A program made the position numbers and the translations under genes. A DNA stretch of 63,569 bases, counting the filler, from Octopus bimaculoides (Eukaryota), in NCBI RefSeq assembly GCF_001194135.2. It is 6 parts of 6 records of this genome, joined end to end, with 100 filler letters (N's around TTAATTAATTAA, not from the genome) between each part and the next. Parts side by side here need not be neighbours in the genome. Positions count along the whole stretch, not along the records: positions 53,067 to 61,896 come from NC_069005.1; positions 61,997 to 63,569 come from NW_026378270.1; 4 more parts are not named here. One strand, given 5' to 3'. The notes below the pieces were generated by a model, which made no database searches, was not told the origin of the DNA, and was given only the letters and a program-made list of their open reading frames with translations. Below, piece by piece: positions 53,244 through 63,569 of the stretch. Numbering within the stretch: position 1 is the stretch's first letter; each line of letters starts with the position of its first letter.

Positions 53244-54069
53244 GGGAAAAGGGAGAAAAAGAGGAAGTGAAATAATGGAAAGAAAGAGAACACTGGTACG
53301 TGTGAGAGAGAGAGAGAGAGAGTTGTAGACAAAGAAAAAGAGGAATAGCTAGAAACAGAGAGAAAGTGGAAGCACGAATAAGACTGTATAAAGAGAAAAG
53401 AAGAAAGGGTGGAGAGGGAGAGGAAAGAGTTTATCCTCTTTTCAAGTGAACAGTGTTCATAATTTGCAAGTCAAGTGGTATCAGTTAATATAATAATGAA
53501 GCATGAATTATCACATCAACAGTGCATTACGCCCAGAATCAATAGCCGTCTATCATCAATAAACACATGGGAGTGAAGACTTTAGTTAAATCTCAATATC
53601 TAAGGTATAAACGTTGTTGCCAAAATAAGTTAATAACTATTTTGCAACCAAAGTTCCTGATGGTTGCTTTTTTTTTTTTAGGAAACCTTGTGAGTCTTCA
53701 TCTCCAGAGAACCGTTCCTCCAAGTGCCAATAATATGAGCAGCTCTCAGCAAGAGCCCTTATTGCAGCTTCAAATTCTGGGTTACACAATCACTGAGCTC
53801 TGTTGGTGAAACCACATCATCATCATCTTTCAATGTCTGTTCTCCATGCTGACATGCATTGGATGGTTTGACAGGAATTGACCAGCTTGAGGGCTGCCTG
53901 AGCTCCATTCATCTGTTTTGGCTTGGTTTCTACAGCTGGATGCCTTTCCTAATGCCAACCACTTTACAGAGTGTACTGGGTGCTTTTTATGTGGTACTAA
54001 TATGGGTGTTTTATGTGGCATGAGCATGGGCACCTTTATGTGGAACGAGCATGGACACCAGCACAAAGC

Positions 54070-54225
54070 TTGAACTGCATCTCAAAGACTGGGTCTTCTG
54101 TTCAGAGCTACAAAATATCGCAGCCCACAACAACTGCTGATAATCTACAAGGCTCAAGTGGGGACCACTAACAAGCACTATTCCTACATCTAGGACATTG
54201 TTGCTGCAATGCACTCAATCATCAT
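54070..54225 (+). mobile_element. CR1/Crack-like LINE fragment
   Basis: TASQRLGLLFRATKYRSPQQLLIIYKAQVG (cf. LGxLxRxxxxxSPxQLLxLYKAQxRP). Confidence 0.7.
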
Positions 54226-54493
54226 AGGTAACATCCAGTTTTTCTCTGATTCCACCAGTTCACCACTTCAGATTGCTACGTTATCAACTCTAGAAGGATG
54301 AAAAGCAAAAGCTGATCTTGGCAGAATTTAAACTCAGAACACTAAAAGCCATAATAAATACCACACAGCATTTCAACTGATGTTCTGACAACCCCTACCA
54401 ATTTGATGTAAGAAACAGTAACTGAATCTTTCTCAAATCAAAGTCTACTGTCTTACAAAGAATAAAATAAAATAAAGAGGATTCATTGAATAT

Positions 54494-54710
54494 AAGGTGG
54501 CAAGCTGTCAGAATCATTACTACACCAGGAAAAATGCTTAGTGGCTTTTTGTCCATCTTTCCATGCTGAGTTCAAATGCCACTGAGGCCGACTTTACCTT
54601 TCATCCTCTCAGAGTCGGTAAAATAAGTAGCAGCTGAACACCAAAGTCAATGTAAACAACTTACCCAATTCCCCAAAATTTCTGGCCTTGTGCCAAATAT
54701 TTGAAACCAA
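54494..54710 (+). mobile_element. SINE family A copy, CpG-decayed
   Basis: Same family, but most consensus CG appear as TG/CA (e.g. AAGGTGGCAAGCTG, GCCACTGAGG). Confidence 0.8.
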
Positions 54711-55582
54711 TATCATCCTGTGTGCGATAATGTCTGGGTAAAAAGACAGGATGGAATGTCTCTAATTGTTAATCTGCACAATCTCAGGGTTGGGCTGACC
54801 TGTAATTGAACACCACCATCATCTACCTCTTTAACAAGACAGGACAATACATCTGTAGGAACCACATAGAAATTAACTTGGTGTAACAGTATCGAAGATA
54901 TATATTTATTGAACAGTAAACCTAATCATCAACTGGTGAACTGGTTTATGACCCCAGCAGCTACTGGCTACCACATAAAAGCTATTTCGATTGGTGGTGA
55001 TGGATTTACCAATTCAAAATCTGCCAAATAGCGCCAGTGATGACTATTACATCTAGCTCATTACTTGAAATTGCACTTGTCAACAACTTACAATGAAACA
55101 GCTACTAAAATATTGAAGAAAAAGAAAATAATAATAATAACAATGATGATGATGATAAATGATAATATAAATTTGGTCAGAGTTATTTCATGCAGAACAG
55201 ATATGTCGATGTCAGTTGCTTTGGAATGACATGAAAAGCAGTTTATAAATTGGAAAATGCAACTTGCACACAGACAGAAATTGGGCATACACACACACAC
55301 ATACATAAACTGCACATACACATACACAGACATATATATTGTATATACACATACATATTTATAAATTGTGCATACACACAAATATGCACGCTATTTTATT
55401 TGCAGAAAAAGGATTTGCTTTTTTAGTCTTCCTATTTTCTGACTGAAATGATTAGATCAATGAAATTAACTGTCTTTAAAGATAAACCAGTGAACCTATT
55501 AAACATCTAAGATGGTTCCATACCACTAGGTGTTTATTGGACACAAGAGGTCATTTGAATGGAAGCAGACACTGAATCAGTA

Positions 55583-55619
<37 letters not shown>

Positions 55620-55620
<1 letters not shown>

Positions 55621-55829
55621 TCTTTTACTTGTTTCGGACATTTGACTGGTCATGCTGGAGCACCACCTTAAAGGGTTTTTAGTCAAAGAAATCGAACCCA
55701 GAGCTTATTCTTTTCTAAGCCTAGTACTTATCCTATAGGTCTCTTTTGCCAAACTACTAAGTTACATGGACATAAACACGCCTCCATCACTTGTCAAGTG
55801 GTGATGGCAGTGGGGGAGAAGCAGGCTCT

Positions 55830-55861
<32 letters not shown>

Positions 55862-55980
55862 ATGGGTTTCTTTCAGTTTCCTTCGACCAAATCTACTCAA
55901 AAGGCTATAGAAAAAGACATTTGCCCAAGGTGCCACACAGTGAGATTGAACATGGAACCATGTGGTTGGGAAGCAAGCCA
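55620..55980 (-). mobile_element. SINE family B (tRNA-like head, internal microsatellite), near full length
   Basis: Reverse of head (GTGGTAAG..CCACATGGTTC..GGCACCTTGGGCAA), an internal (TG)n, and tail GGTGCTCCAGCATG..GAAACAAGTAAAAGA. Confidence 0.85.
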
Positions 55981-56435
55981 TGACTGCACTTATGTATTGT
56001 CAAATGGTATATTCCTGGTTATGGCACATAACTGGTTACCATTGGTTTTGCACATCAGCTTCTGCATTTAGCAGTATTGATGAATCAGACATGCTAGCTG
56101 GAAACCTATAGCTTCTTTAATGCTGAAGGTAAATATACAGTCTTGGCCAGCTTGGTGCACTATTGGCTATTTAAGTAATTAACTAATTGATTGCTTGATT
56201 AATGGTTCAGTTAATCAAACAATCAGCTTTGTCAAAGTCATTTGGTCACCATCTGCAACCCATCTCATCAATGACGCAATTTCTGTTCTAGGTTTGTCTG
56301 CCTGTCTTGAAGCTAGTTAATGGGTTAAGTAGTTAATCAACTGAAAAATAAATAGTAAAGAAGTGAAATAGAACCATTGTGTGTATCAATTATTGGCAAG
56401 ATGATCCTCCTGAGATACAACAATCATGTAAGTGT

Positions 56436-56640
56436 TTTCAAATTTAGGTACAAGGCCAGCAATTTCAGGGAAGTGGGTAAGTTGATTACATCAACCCCAG
56501 TGATCATTATTTTATCAACCTCGAAAGGATGAAAGGCTAAGTGTACCTCAGCAGAATTTGAATTCAGAGTGTAAAGATGAACAAAACGCCACTAAGCATT
56601 TTGTCTGGCATGCTAATGATTCTATCAGATTGCTGCCTTG
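56436..56640 (-). mobile_element. SINE family A copy, CpG-decayed
   Basis: Reverse-orientation core GAAAGGATGAAAGGC..AATTTGAATTCAGA. Confidence 0.8.
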
Positions 56641-57082
56641 CTTGAAGATAAAAACTTGAAACAGATATGCACATCCATTAACAAAAATAGTTCAAAGGGT
56701 CATAGCCTTAAATTTGGTGTGGAACATATTTAGACGTAAACAAATAACCAATAAACAGACATAACTTTGGTGATGCAAACAGGCAAAATAGAACTCAAAA
56801 TATGAGTATATGTATATTTTTATTCATATTTAGCTGAAGCAAAAGAGTGACTTAGGGTCCAAGAGTTTCATGCATTGGCACTTACAGTTTATGTCTACTG
56901 ATTTTCTATAGAATTTACTGCTGGTTTTGAATTCTATTGATAATCTGCAGAGATAAACTTAAAAAATGAGAACATCACACTGCTAACAGTAAGGAACAAT
57001 ATTGACTTGTGAACACTTGATGGTATATTATGGTTGCAAAACGAAATACTGTGCCCTTGCAATTAATATCTATATAGTTCTA

Positions 57083-57300
57083 CAAGCGGTGAGCTGGCAG
57101 AATGGTTATCATGCCAGGCAGAATGCTTAGCAGCATTTCATCAGTCTTTATCTTCTGTATTCAAATTCTGCTGAGGTTGACTTTGCTTTTCATCCTTTTG
57201 AGGTCGATAAAATAGGTATCAGTTGAAGACTGGGGTTGAGGGAACTGACTTAACCCCTCGCAGCAAAATTACTGGCCTTGTATCAAAATTTGAAACCAAT
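57083..57300 (+). mobile_element. SINE family A copy, CpG-decayed
   Basis: GCGGTGAGCTGGCAGAATGGTTATCATGCC head and core. Confidence 0.8.
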
Positions 57301-59502
57301 ATGATCCTAGGTGTTGCAATGTCTAGGAAAAAGACAAAGGTACATTCTAAAGATAAAAGTATGCATACATACACACATATTTACTCCTGCATTACTTATG
57401 TCATATCCATTTGATTCAGATACATAATCATCACTCATTTTTACTTCCATCTTTTACTTCCATCTTTTAGACAAAACTTCTTAAGACGGAATTCTATGGC
57501 TAGATATCATTCTTGGCGCTAAACAATATATATTTTGAAGTAAGATATATTATTTCAATGGTTTCCATGTCAAACAGCAGTCGGATATTTTGTCTGCGAA
57601 AGATATAAAAATAGGTGCAGGTAGGGCTGTGTGGTAAGAAGCTGGCTTCTCAACCCCATGGTTCAGGATTCCATCCCACTGCATGGCAGCTTGGGCAAGT
57701 CTCTACTGCTATAGCCATGGGCTGACCAAACCAATTTTTTGTAAATTCTTAAATATATCTCCTTCTGTGTATATTTATACTACCAAACAAACATGATTTT
57801 TATTGGACTCCTAATACCTTTTGTTGAATACTCTTACTTTTGACAATCTTTTTCCCAAAAAGTGAAACCGGTCAAGTGAATAAACATCTTTAAAATTGCA
57901 TTTCATATATACTTCCACTCATGCAATACCTTACAACTTTACTTTGTTATATATATGTGTGTGTATATATATATATATATATATGCATATATGTACATAC
58001 CTACTTATATATGTATANNNNNNNNNNNNNNNNNNNNNNNNNNNNNNNNNNNNNNNNNNNNNNNNNNNNNNNNNNNNNNNNNNNNNNNNNNNNNNNNNNN
58101 NNNNNNNNNNNNNNNNNNNNNNNNNNNNNNNNNNNNNNNNNNNNNNNNNNNNNNNNNNNNNNNNNNNNNNNNNNNNNNNNNNNNNNNNNNNNNNNNNNNN
58201 NNNNNNNNNNNNNNNNNNNNNNNNNNNNNNNNNNNNNNNNNNNNNNNNNNNNNNNNNNNNNNNNNNNNNNNNNNNNNNNNNNNNNNNNNNNNNNNNNNNN
58301 NNNNNNNNNNNNNNNNNNNNNNNNNNNNNNNNNNNNNNNNNNNNNNNNNNNNNNNNNNNNNNNNNNNNNNNNNNNNNNNNNNNNNNNNNNNNNNNNNNNN
58401 NNNNNNNNNNNNNNNNNNNNNNNNNNNNNNNNNNNNNNNNNNNNNNNNNNNNNNNNNNNNNNNNNNNNNNNNNNNNNNNNNNNNNNNNNNNNNNNNNNNN
58501 NNNNNNNNNNNNNNNNNNNNNNNNNNNNNNNNNNNNNNNNNNNNNNNNNNNNNNNNNNNNNNNNNNNNNNNNNNNNNNNNNNNNNNNNNNNNNNNNNNNN
58601 NNNNNNNNNNNNNNNNNNNNNNNNNNNNNNNNNNNNNNNNNNNNNNNNNNNNNNNNNNNNNNNNNNNNNNNNNNNNNNNNNNNNNNNNNNNNNNNNNNNN
58701 NNNNNNNNNNNNNNNNNNNNNNNNNNNNNNNNNNNNNNNNNNNNNNNNNNNNNNNNNNNNNNNNNNNNNNNNNNNNNNNNNNNNNNNNNNNNNNNNNNNN
58801 NNNNNNNNNNNNNNNNNNNNNNNNNNNNNNNNNNNNNNNNNNNNNNNNNNNNNNNNNNNNNNNNNNNNNNNNNNNNNNNNNNNNNNNNNNNNNNNNNNNN
58901 NNNNNNNNNNNNNNNNNNNNNNNNNNNNNNNNNNNNNNNNNNNNNNNNNNNNNNNNNNNNNNNNNNNAAAAAAAATTTTTTGTCTTTCATTCTTTAAGTG
59001 GTGGCAAGAAGTGGGGGTGGGAGAGGATAAAATATAGTACCAGTCAAATGGAGTCAATTTAATATTCTTGTAAAGCATCCAAGATATGAATGAAATTAGA
59101 ACAGATGATTCAAAGCAACATTATTGTCACCATTCCTTGAGTAAAGCATCATCATCATCACATCTGTAACTGACTTTAATGAATAGACTATGTTGAGTTT
59201 CTGACTTTTTCACTTTGTCATGTATGTATGTGTGTATATATATATATATATATATGCATATATGTACATACCTACTTATATATGTATATGTACATGCATA
59301 TATGGGTACAGGATGTCAAAAAAATGTGAAAATGAAAAAAACGAACATAAAAAACAAAAACATGAAAAACGAACTTTGTTTTGAACAACGAAAGAAACAA
59401 ATAGAGAAACGAAACAGGCAACATAAAGAACAATCCCTTCATCAGTTGTCCCTTGTTTTATCTACTCTGCATTTGTATGCATGTATATATACATGAAATG
59501 TA

Positions 59503-59547
<45 letters not shown>

Positions 59548-59649
59548 TATGTATGTAAGTATGTATATGTTGTGAGTGTGTGTATATATATCTGTATATA
59601 TGTATGCATATATATATGTGTGTATGTATATATGTGTGTATGCACATGG

Positions 59650-60245
59650 AGAACACAACTGTGTGCTGACTGATGACTACAGGGGGTTCTATGAAGCTCC
59701 CAAGGCAGTTTACAGCCCAAAATATCAAGTCCAGAGTCCCCTGCGCAGCTTAGGTGGCCAGGCACTTCTCACAGACAGGATCCATCCTCAATTGCTGGTC
59801 TGAATACTTTGAGGCCCTCTTCAGTGCAAACTGTCCTGGAAAATGCAATCCTCCACATCCAGCAGCAACCAGTCAGAATGGAATTAGATGAGCCTTCAAC
59901 CCTGGAAGAGACCACAGTTACCATAGGCTGGCTGAAGAGTAGAAAGGCAGCAGTAGCCAATGGCATGCCACCAGAGTTATGGAAGCAGACTTGTTCTGTC
60001 CTTCACTGAAAATCAACTTGGTGCCATACCATCAGTGATGTTCTTTCATCTGTTGAGATCTCTCGCTGTGCTTCTCTTGAAGACAAATATCAGAGGTGAA
60101 AAAATAATGCAGCACTGTCATGAGACCCTGAACAACCATATCCCTGTCATCACTGCAATTGGATACGTCAATCTCACATCAGCCTTATCAGCCACAAATG
60201 AGTGTGTAGACGATGTGGACAACAGTATTCCTAATGTTCAGCAGT
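59650..60245 (+). mobile_element. RTE (BovB-like) LINE ORF2 fragment
   Basis: DDYRGFYEAPKAVYSPKYQVQSPLRS.GGQALLTD and VLENAILHIQQQPVRMELDEPSTLEET..LKSRKAAVANGMPPELWK, the linker region preceding the RT domain. Confidence 0.85.
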
Positions 60246-60278
60246 GAAGCGATGCCAAGATGTGTGTGTGTGTGTGTA

Positions 60279-60354
<76 letters not shown>

Positions 60355-60941
60355 TATATATACATGTATATATATCTATATGCATATATATGTACATATG
60401 TGCATATATATGTATATATATATATATATGCATATATATATGCATGTATATGTATATATATGTATATATGTGCATATATATATATATGTATATATATGCG
60501 AGTAAAAATAAATACAAAAAAAGGTGGATTTTTTGTATGATTGTGTATAGAGGAATATATTATTTTACTTAAAAGAGTTCCAACACTGTCTGTTTTTTAT
60601 GTTTTATTTATATTCCTGCAGAACTAATGTGGGGTATAGAATATGGAATATACAATATATAATATGATATACAATATACAATATAAAATAAAATAAAATA
60701 AAAATGGATGGCACCATGAAAGAAAGTATTGAATGTAGATGAAATATTGAGTGTTCAATATAAAGGATCAAATATATAAATATAAATATATATATATAAA
60801 GGCATGTATATATATGCATATATATATATGTATATATGCATGTATATATATATATGCATATATATATATGTATATATGCATGTATATATATATATGCATA
60901 TATATATATGTATATATGCATGTATATATATATATGCATAT

Positions 60942-61302
60942 AATGGCACCTGTGCCCAGCATCGCTTTCCTGGCACTTGTGCCAGATGGCATGTATAAAG
61001 ATATTCTAGCGAGATCGTTGCCAGTGCCGCCGAACTGGCTCCTGTGCAGGTGGCACGTAAAATACACCATTTTGAGCATGGCCGTTGCCAGTACCGCCTG
61101 ACTGGCCTTCGTGCCGGTGGCAAGTAAAAGCACCCACTACACTCTCGGAGTGGTTGGCATTAGGAAGGGCATCCAGCTGTAGAAACTCTGCCAAATCAGA
61201 TTGGAACCTGGTGTAGCCATCTGGTTTCACCAGTCCTCACTCAAATCGTCCAACCCATGCTAGCATGGAAAGCGGACATTAAACGACGATGATGATGATG
61301 AT
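60942..61302 (+). mobile_element. RTE-tail element (family D) with tandem GTGCC-GGTGGCACGTAAAA modules
   Basis: Ends GGCATTAGGAAGGGCATCCAGCTGTAGAAAC..GGACATTAAACGACGATGATGATG, a (GAT)n tail typical of RTE-mobilised elements. CpGs largely intact. Confidence 0.85.
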
Positions 61303-61631
61303 ATATAATCAAATTCAATACAAGGAAAAACAGTTTCCTTTATAAGGATAGAAAACATTCAATTTCCCACTGGTTTTCAGAAAATACTCAATATGGCAGA
61401 GAAAACCTTTTCAAAACTCAAGAAGGGTATATTCAATATACAAAAATTAAAAGAAAGTGGAGATTTATGATTGACATATTTTAAATATAATTTATTAACA
61501 TAATATTATATTGCAATGATAATATAATTTTGTCAAATATTTCTCTAATGAGATTCATATCCATAAATATGAATTTTTTATAAATTCATTATTGGGTATA
61601 AATTGAAAGAATTTGTAGTATTTCTATTCAT

Positions 61632-61896
61632 TCATCATCATCATCATCATCGTTTAACGTCCGCTTTCCATGCTAGCATGGGTTGGACGATTTGACTGAG
61701 GACTGGTGAAACCGGATGGCAACACCAGGCTCCAGTCTAATTTGGCAGAGTTTCTACAGCTGGATGCCCTTCCTAACGCCAACCACTCAGAGAGTGTAGT
61801 GGGTGCTTTTACGTGTCACCCGCACGAAAACGGCCACGCTCGAAATGGTGTCTTTTATGTGCCACCCGCACAAGCCAGTCCAGGGGCACTGGCAAC
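61632..61896 (-). mobile_element. Family D copy in inverted orientation
   Basis: Reverse complement of about 61040-61302 at high identity. Other copies: about 44075-44239 (-), 48060-48515 and 53815-54070 (-). Confidence 0.85.
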
Positions 61897-62629
61897 NNNN
61901 NNNNNNNNNNNNNNNNNNNNNNNNNNNNNNNNNNNNNNNNTTAATTAATTAANNNNNNNNNNNNNNNNNNNNNNNNNNNNNNNNNNNNNNNNNNNNTAGT
62001 GAGACTGAAATTGGAACAATATGGTTGGGAAGCAAACTTCTTACCACACAGCCACAATGTAGTATCGATCTGTGAGGCTCAGTGAGTGTCTGAAGGGTCT
62101 TGAGTTCGATTACAGGTCATTTTGATTACAAACACGTGCTGAACTTTATGTTTATGCCTACATATAATAAAGATATTTAATGTCGATGTGAATTTAAGAC
62201 CATACGTAGCTAAAGGAAGATTTGGCTGTAATTTCTAGCAGATCCAGAGACCATGTAAAGGTTTCTTGTGTATTGTTCCCATGGGGACAAACACTCTGGT
62301 ATGTCTGGCAATGGAGGCTATCTATAAGCTAAAATTACATAATTTTAAATGCTTGTAACTTCTTAATTATTAATTTCGAGACAAAATAAATACGGTTTTC
62401 GTTATCAGCATGAAAAATTAAATCGGAATTGCAATTTTTTGTTCTGTTTTGTTTTGAAAATAATCTGGTGAAAATCTGTAAAACCTCTTGCGGTTCAAAC
62501 AAATTCAACAAGGTCCCAGATTTATAATTAAAGTAGCGTGAGAGACGACGGAGGCTCGTTCGTGGTTAGTTATAACTGTTGCTGATTATTATTATTATTA
62601 TTATTATTATCATTATTATTATTTTATGA

Positions 62630-62735
62630 AATGCCTGGCGGTATTTCGTCCGTCCTTACGTTCTGAGTTCAAATTCCGCCGAGGTCTACTTTGCCTTTCA
62701 TCCTTTCGCGGTCGATAAATTAAGTACCAGTGAAA
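62630..62735 (+). mobile_element. SINE family A partial copy, CpG intact
   Basis: GGCGGTATTTCGTCCGTCCTTACGTTCTGAGTTCAAATTCCGCCGAGG. Confidence 0.8.
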
Positions 62736-63018
62736 TGCGGTTCTTGTTGTTATTGTTGTTAATGGCTTTTGTTATTGTTGTTGTTATGCTGGTTGTTGCT
62801 ACGTTTTTATATCCATTATTGTTTTTGTTTTTGTTCTTGTTGTTGTTCTCCTCCTCCTTTATCTTCTTCTTCTTAAAGTAACAATGTCACCATCAATCTT
62901 CATGTGCTATACCCTACCAGAGTGTCGGCAACCATATTCTTCCATTGTGACAGAATAGCGAGGATGTCTTGGAAGGGGATGTTATTGCTAGTGGTTGCCA
63001 CCCGCGACGCTTCTTTCG

Positions 63019-63079
<61 letters not shown>

Positions 63080-63084
63080 GGGAT

Positions 63085-63243
63085 AGGAGTGATTGATATC
63101 CAGTAAATAACTGGTACCTCATTTAACCAACCCTTGACAAATAAAAGACAAAATTCATCTTGGCAGGATTTGAACTCAGAACACAAAGAACCGGAAGTAT
63201 TTGTCCAAAGCTTTGGCAACTGATGATTCTGCTAATCGACCAC
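63085..63243 (-). mobile_element. SINE family A copy
   Basis: Reverse core GGATTTGAACTCAGAAC. Confidence 0.65.
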
Positions 63244-63569
63244 CCTGACAATATTACTTTACCGTTCTTTAGATTTCTCCCCCATTCTTAGATCTGTCGC
63301 AGAAGCTGTCTTTTAATTTGATATTTTCTAACTTTACCAAAAATTAATTGAGTTTCCCCAGATATCAATCTTCCATTGGATACTCCATGTAAGACAATTC
63401 CTGCCAATTAACTACCCAAAGTAACTGAAAACTTCAAATCTAGATATTTTCAATCAGTTACCGACACTGCCCACCCTCCCATCGTCCTAATATCAATATA
63501 ATTAATCTCTAATTAACTCGATTGTCATTATTCTCTTTACGTTGTTAAAATTTAATGAACTTTTCTGGG

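Noticed and set aside
55088-55230. Hydrophobic run (FIIIIIVIIIIFFFF) suggesting a transmembrane exon on minus
   Set aside because: It comes from (ATC)n/(ATT)n triplet repeats and reads more like a polypyrimidine tract; it is on the wrong strand for the Ig gene.
60942-61140. Regularly spaced GTGCC-GGTGGCACGTAAAA modules resembling a CRISPR array
   Set aside because: The repeats are degenerate, the spacers resemble each other, the block is part of a dispersed RTE-tail element, and there are no cas genes in this eukaryotic DNA.
1-63569. Dozens of ORFs rich in YI, CV, HT or X
   Set aside because: These are translations of (TA)n, (TG)n and (TACA)n microsatellites and of N gaps.

Overview
This is eukaryotic DNA: AT-rich, dense in microsatellites and full of assembly gaps. 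The repeat content (tRNA-derived SINEs with internal (TA)/(TG) tracts, RTE and CR1-like LINE relics, Penelope-type ends, mariners) points to an octopus draft genome; that assignment is inferred, not searched. Most of the window is intronic or intergenic, and almost every ORF in the supplied track is a microsatellite, gap or transposon shadow. The best gene evidence is missing from the ORF track: a clean phase 1-1, 252-nt immunoglobulin-domain exon on + (51125-51376) with a GC donor. It is followed by a probable tiny terminal exon (51555-51565) whose short 3' UTR is split by a full-length DD34D mariner (51589-52818). A second plausible + exon (22870-23064) encodes an S/T/P-rich peptide resembling a cytoplasmic tail. 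Other notable structures: (1) a CpG-depleted block (47388-61896) bounded exactly by artificial scaffold linkers; (2) several long inverted repeats; (3) hammerhead-ribozyme-like motifs at Penelope-type ends; (4) two assembly duplications. I found no CRISPR array, rRNA or true tRNA gene, and I cannot claim a new biological system from this sequence alone.
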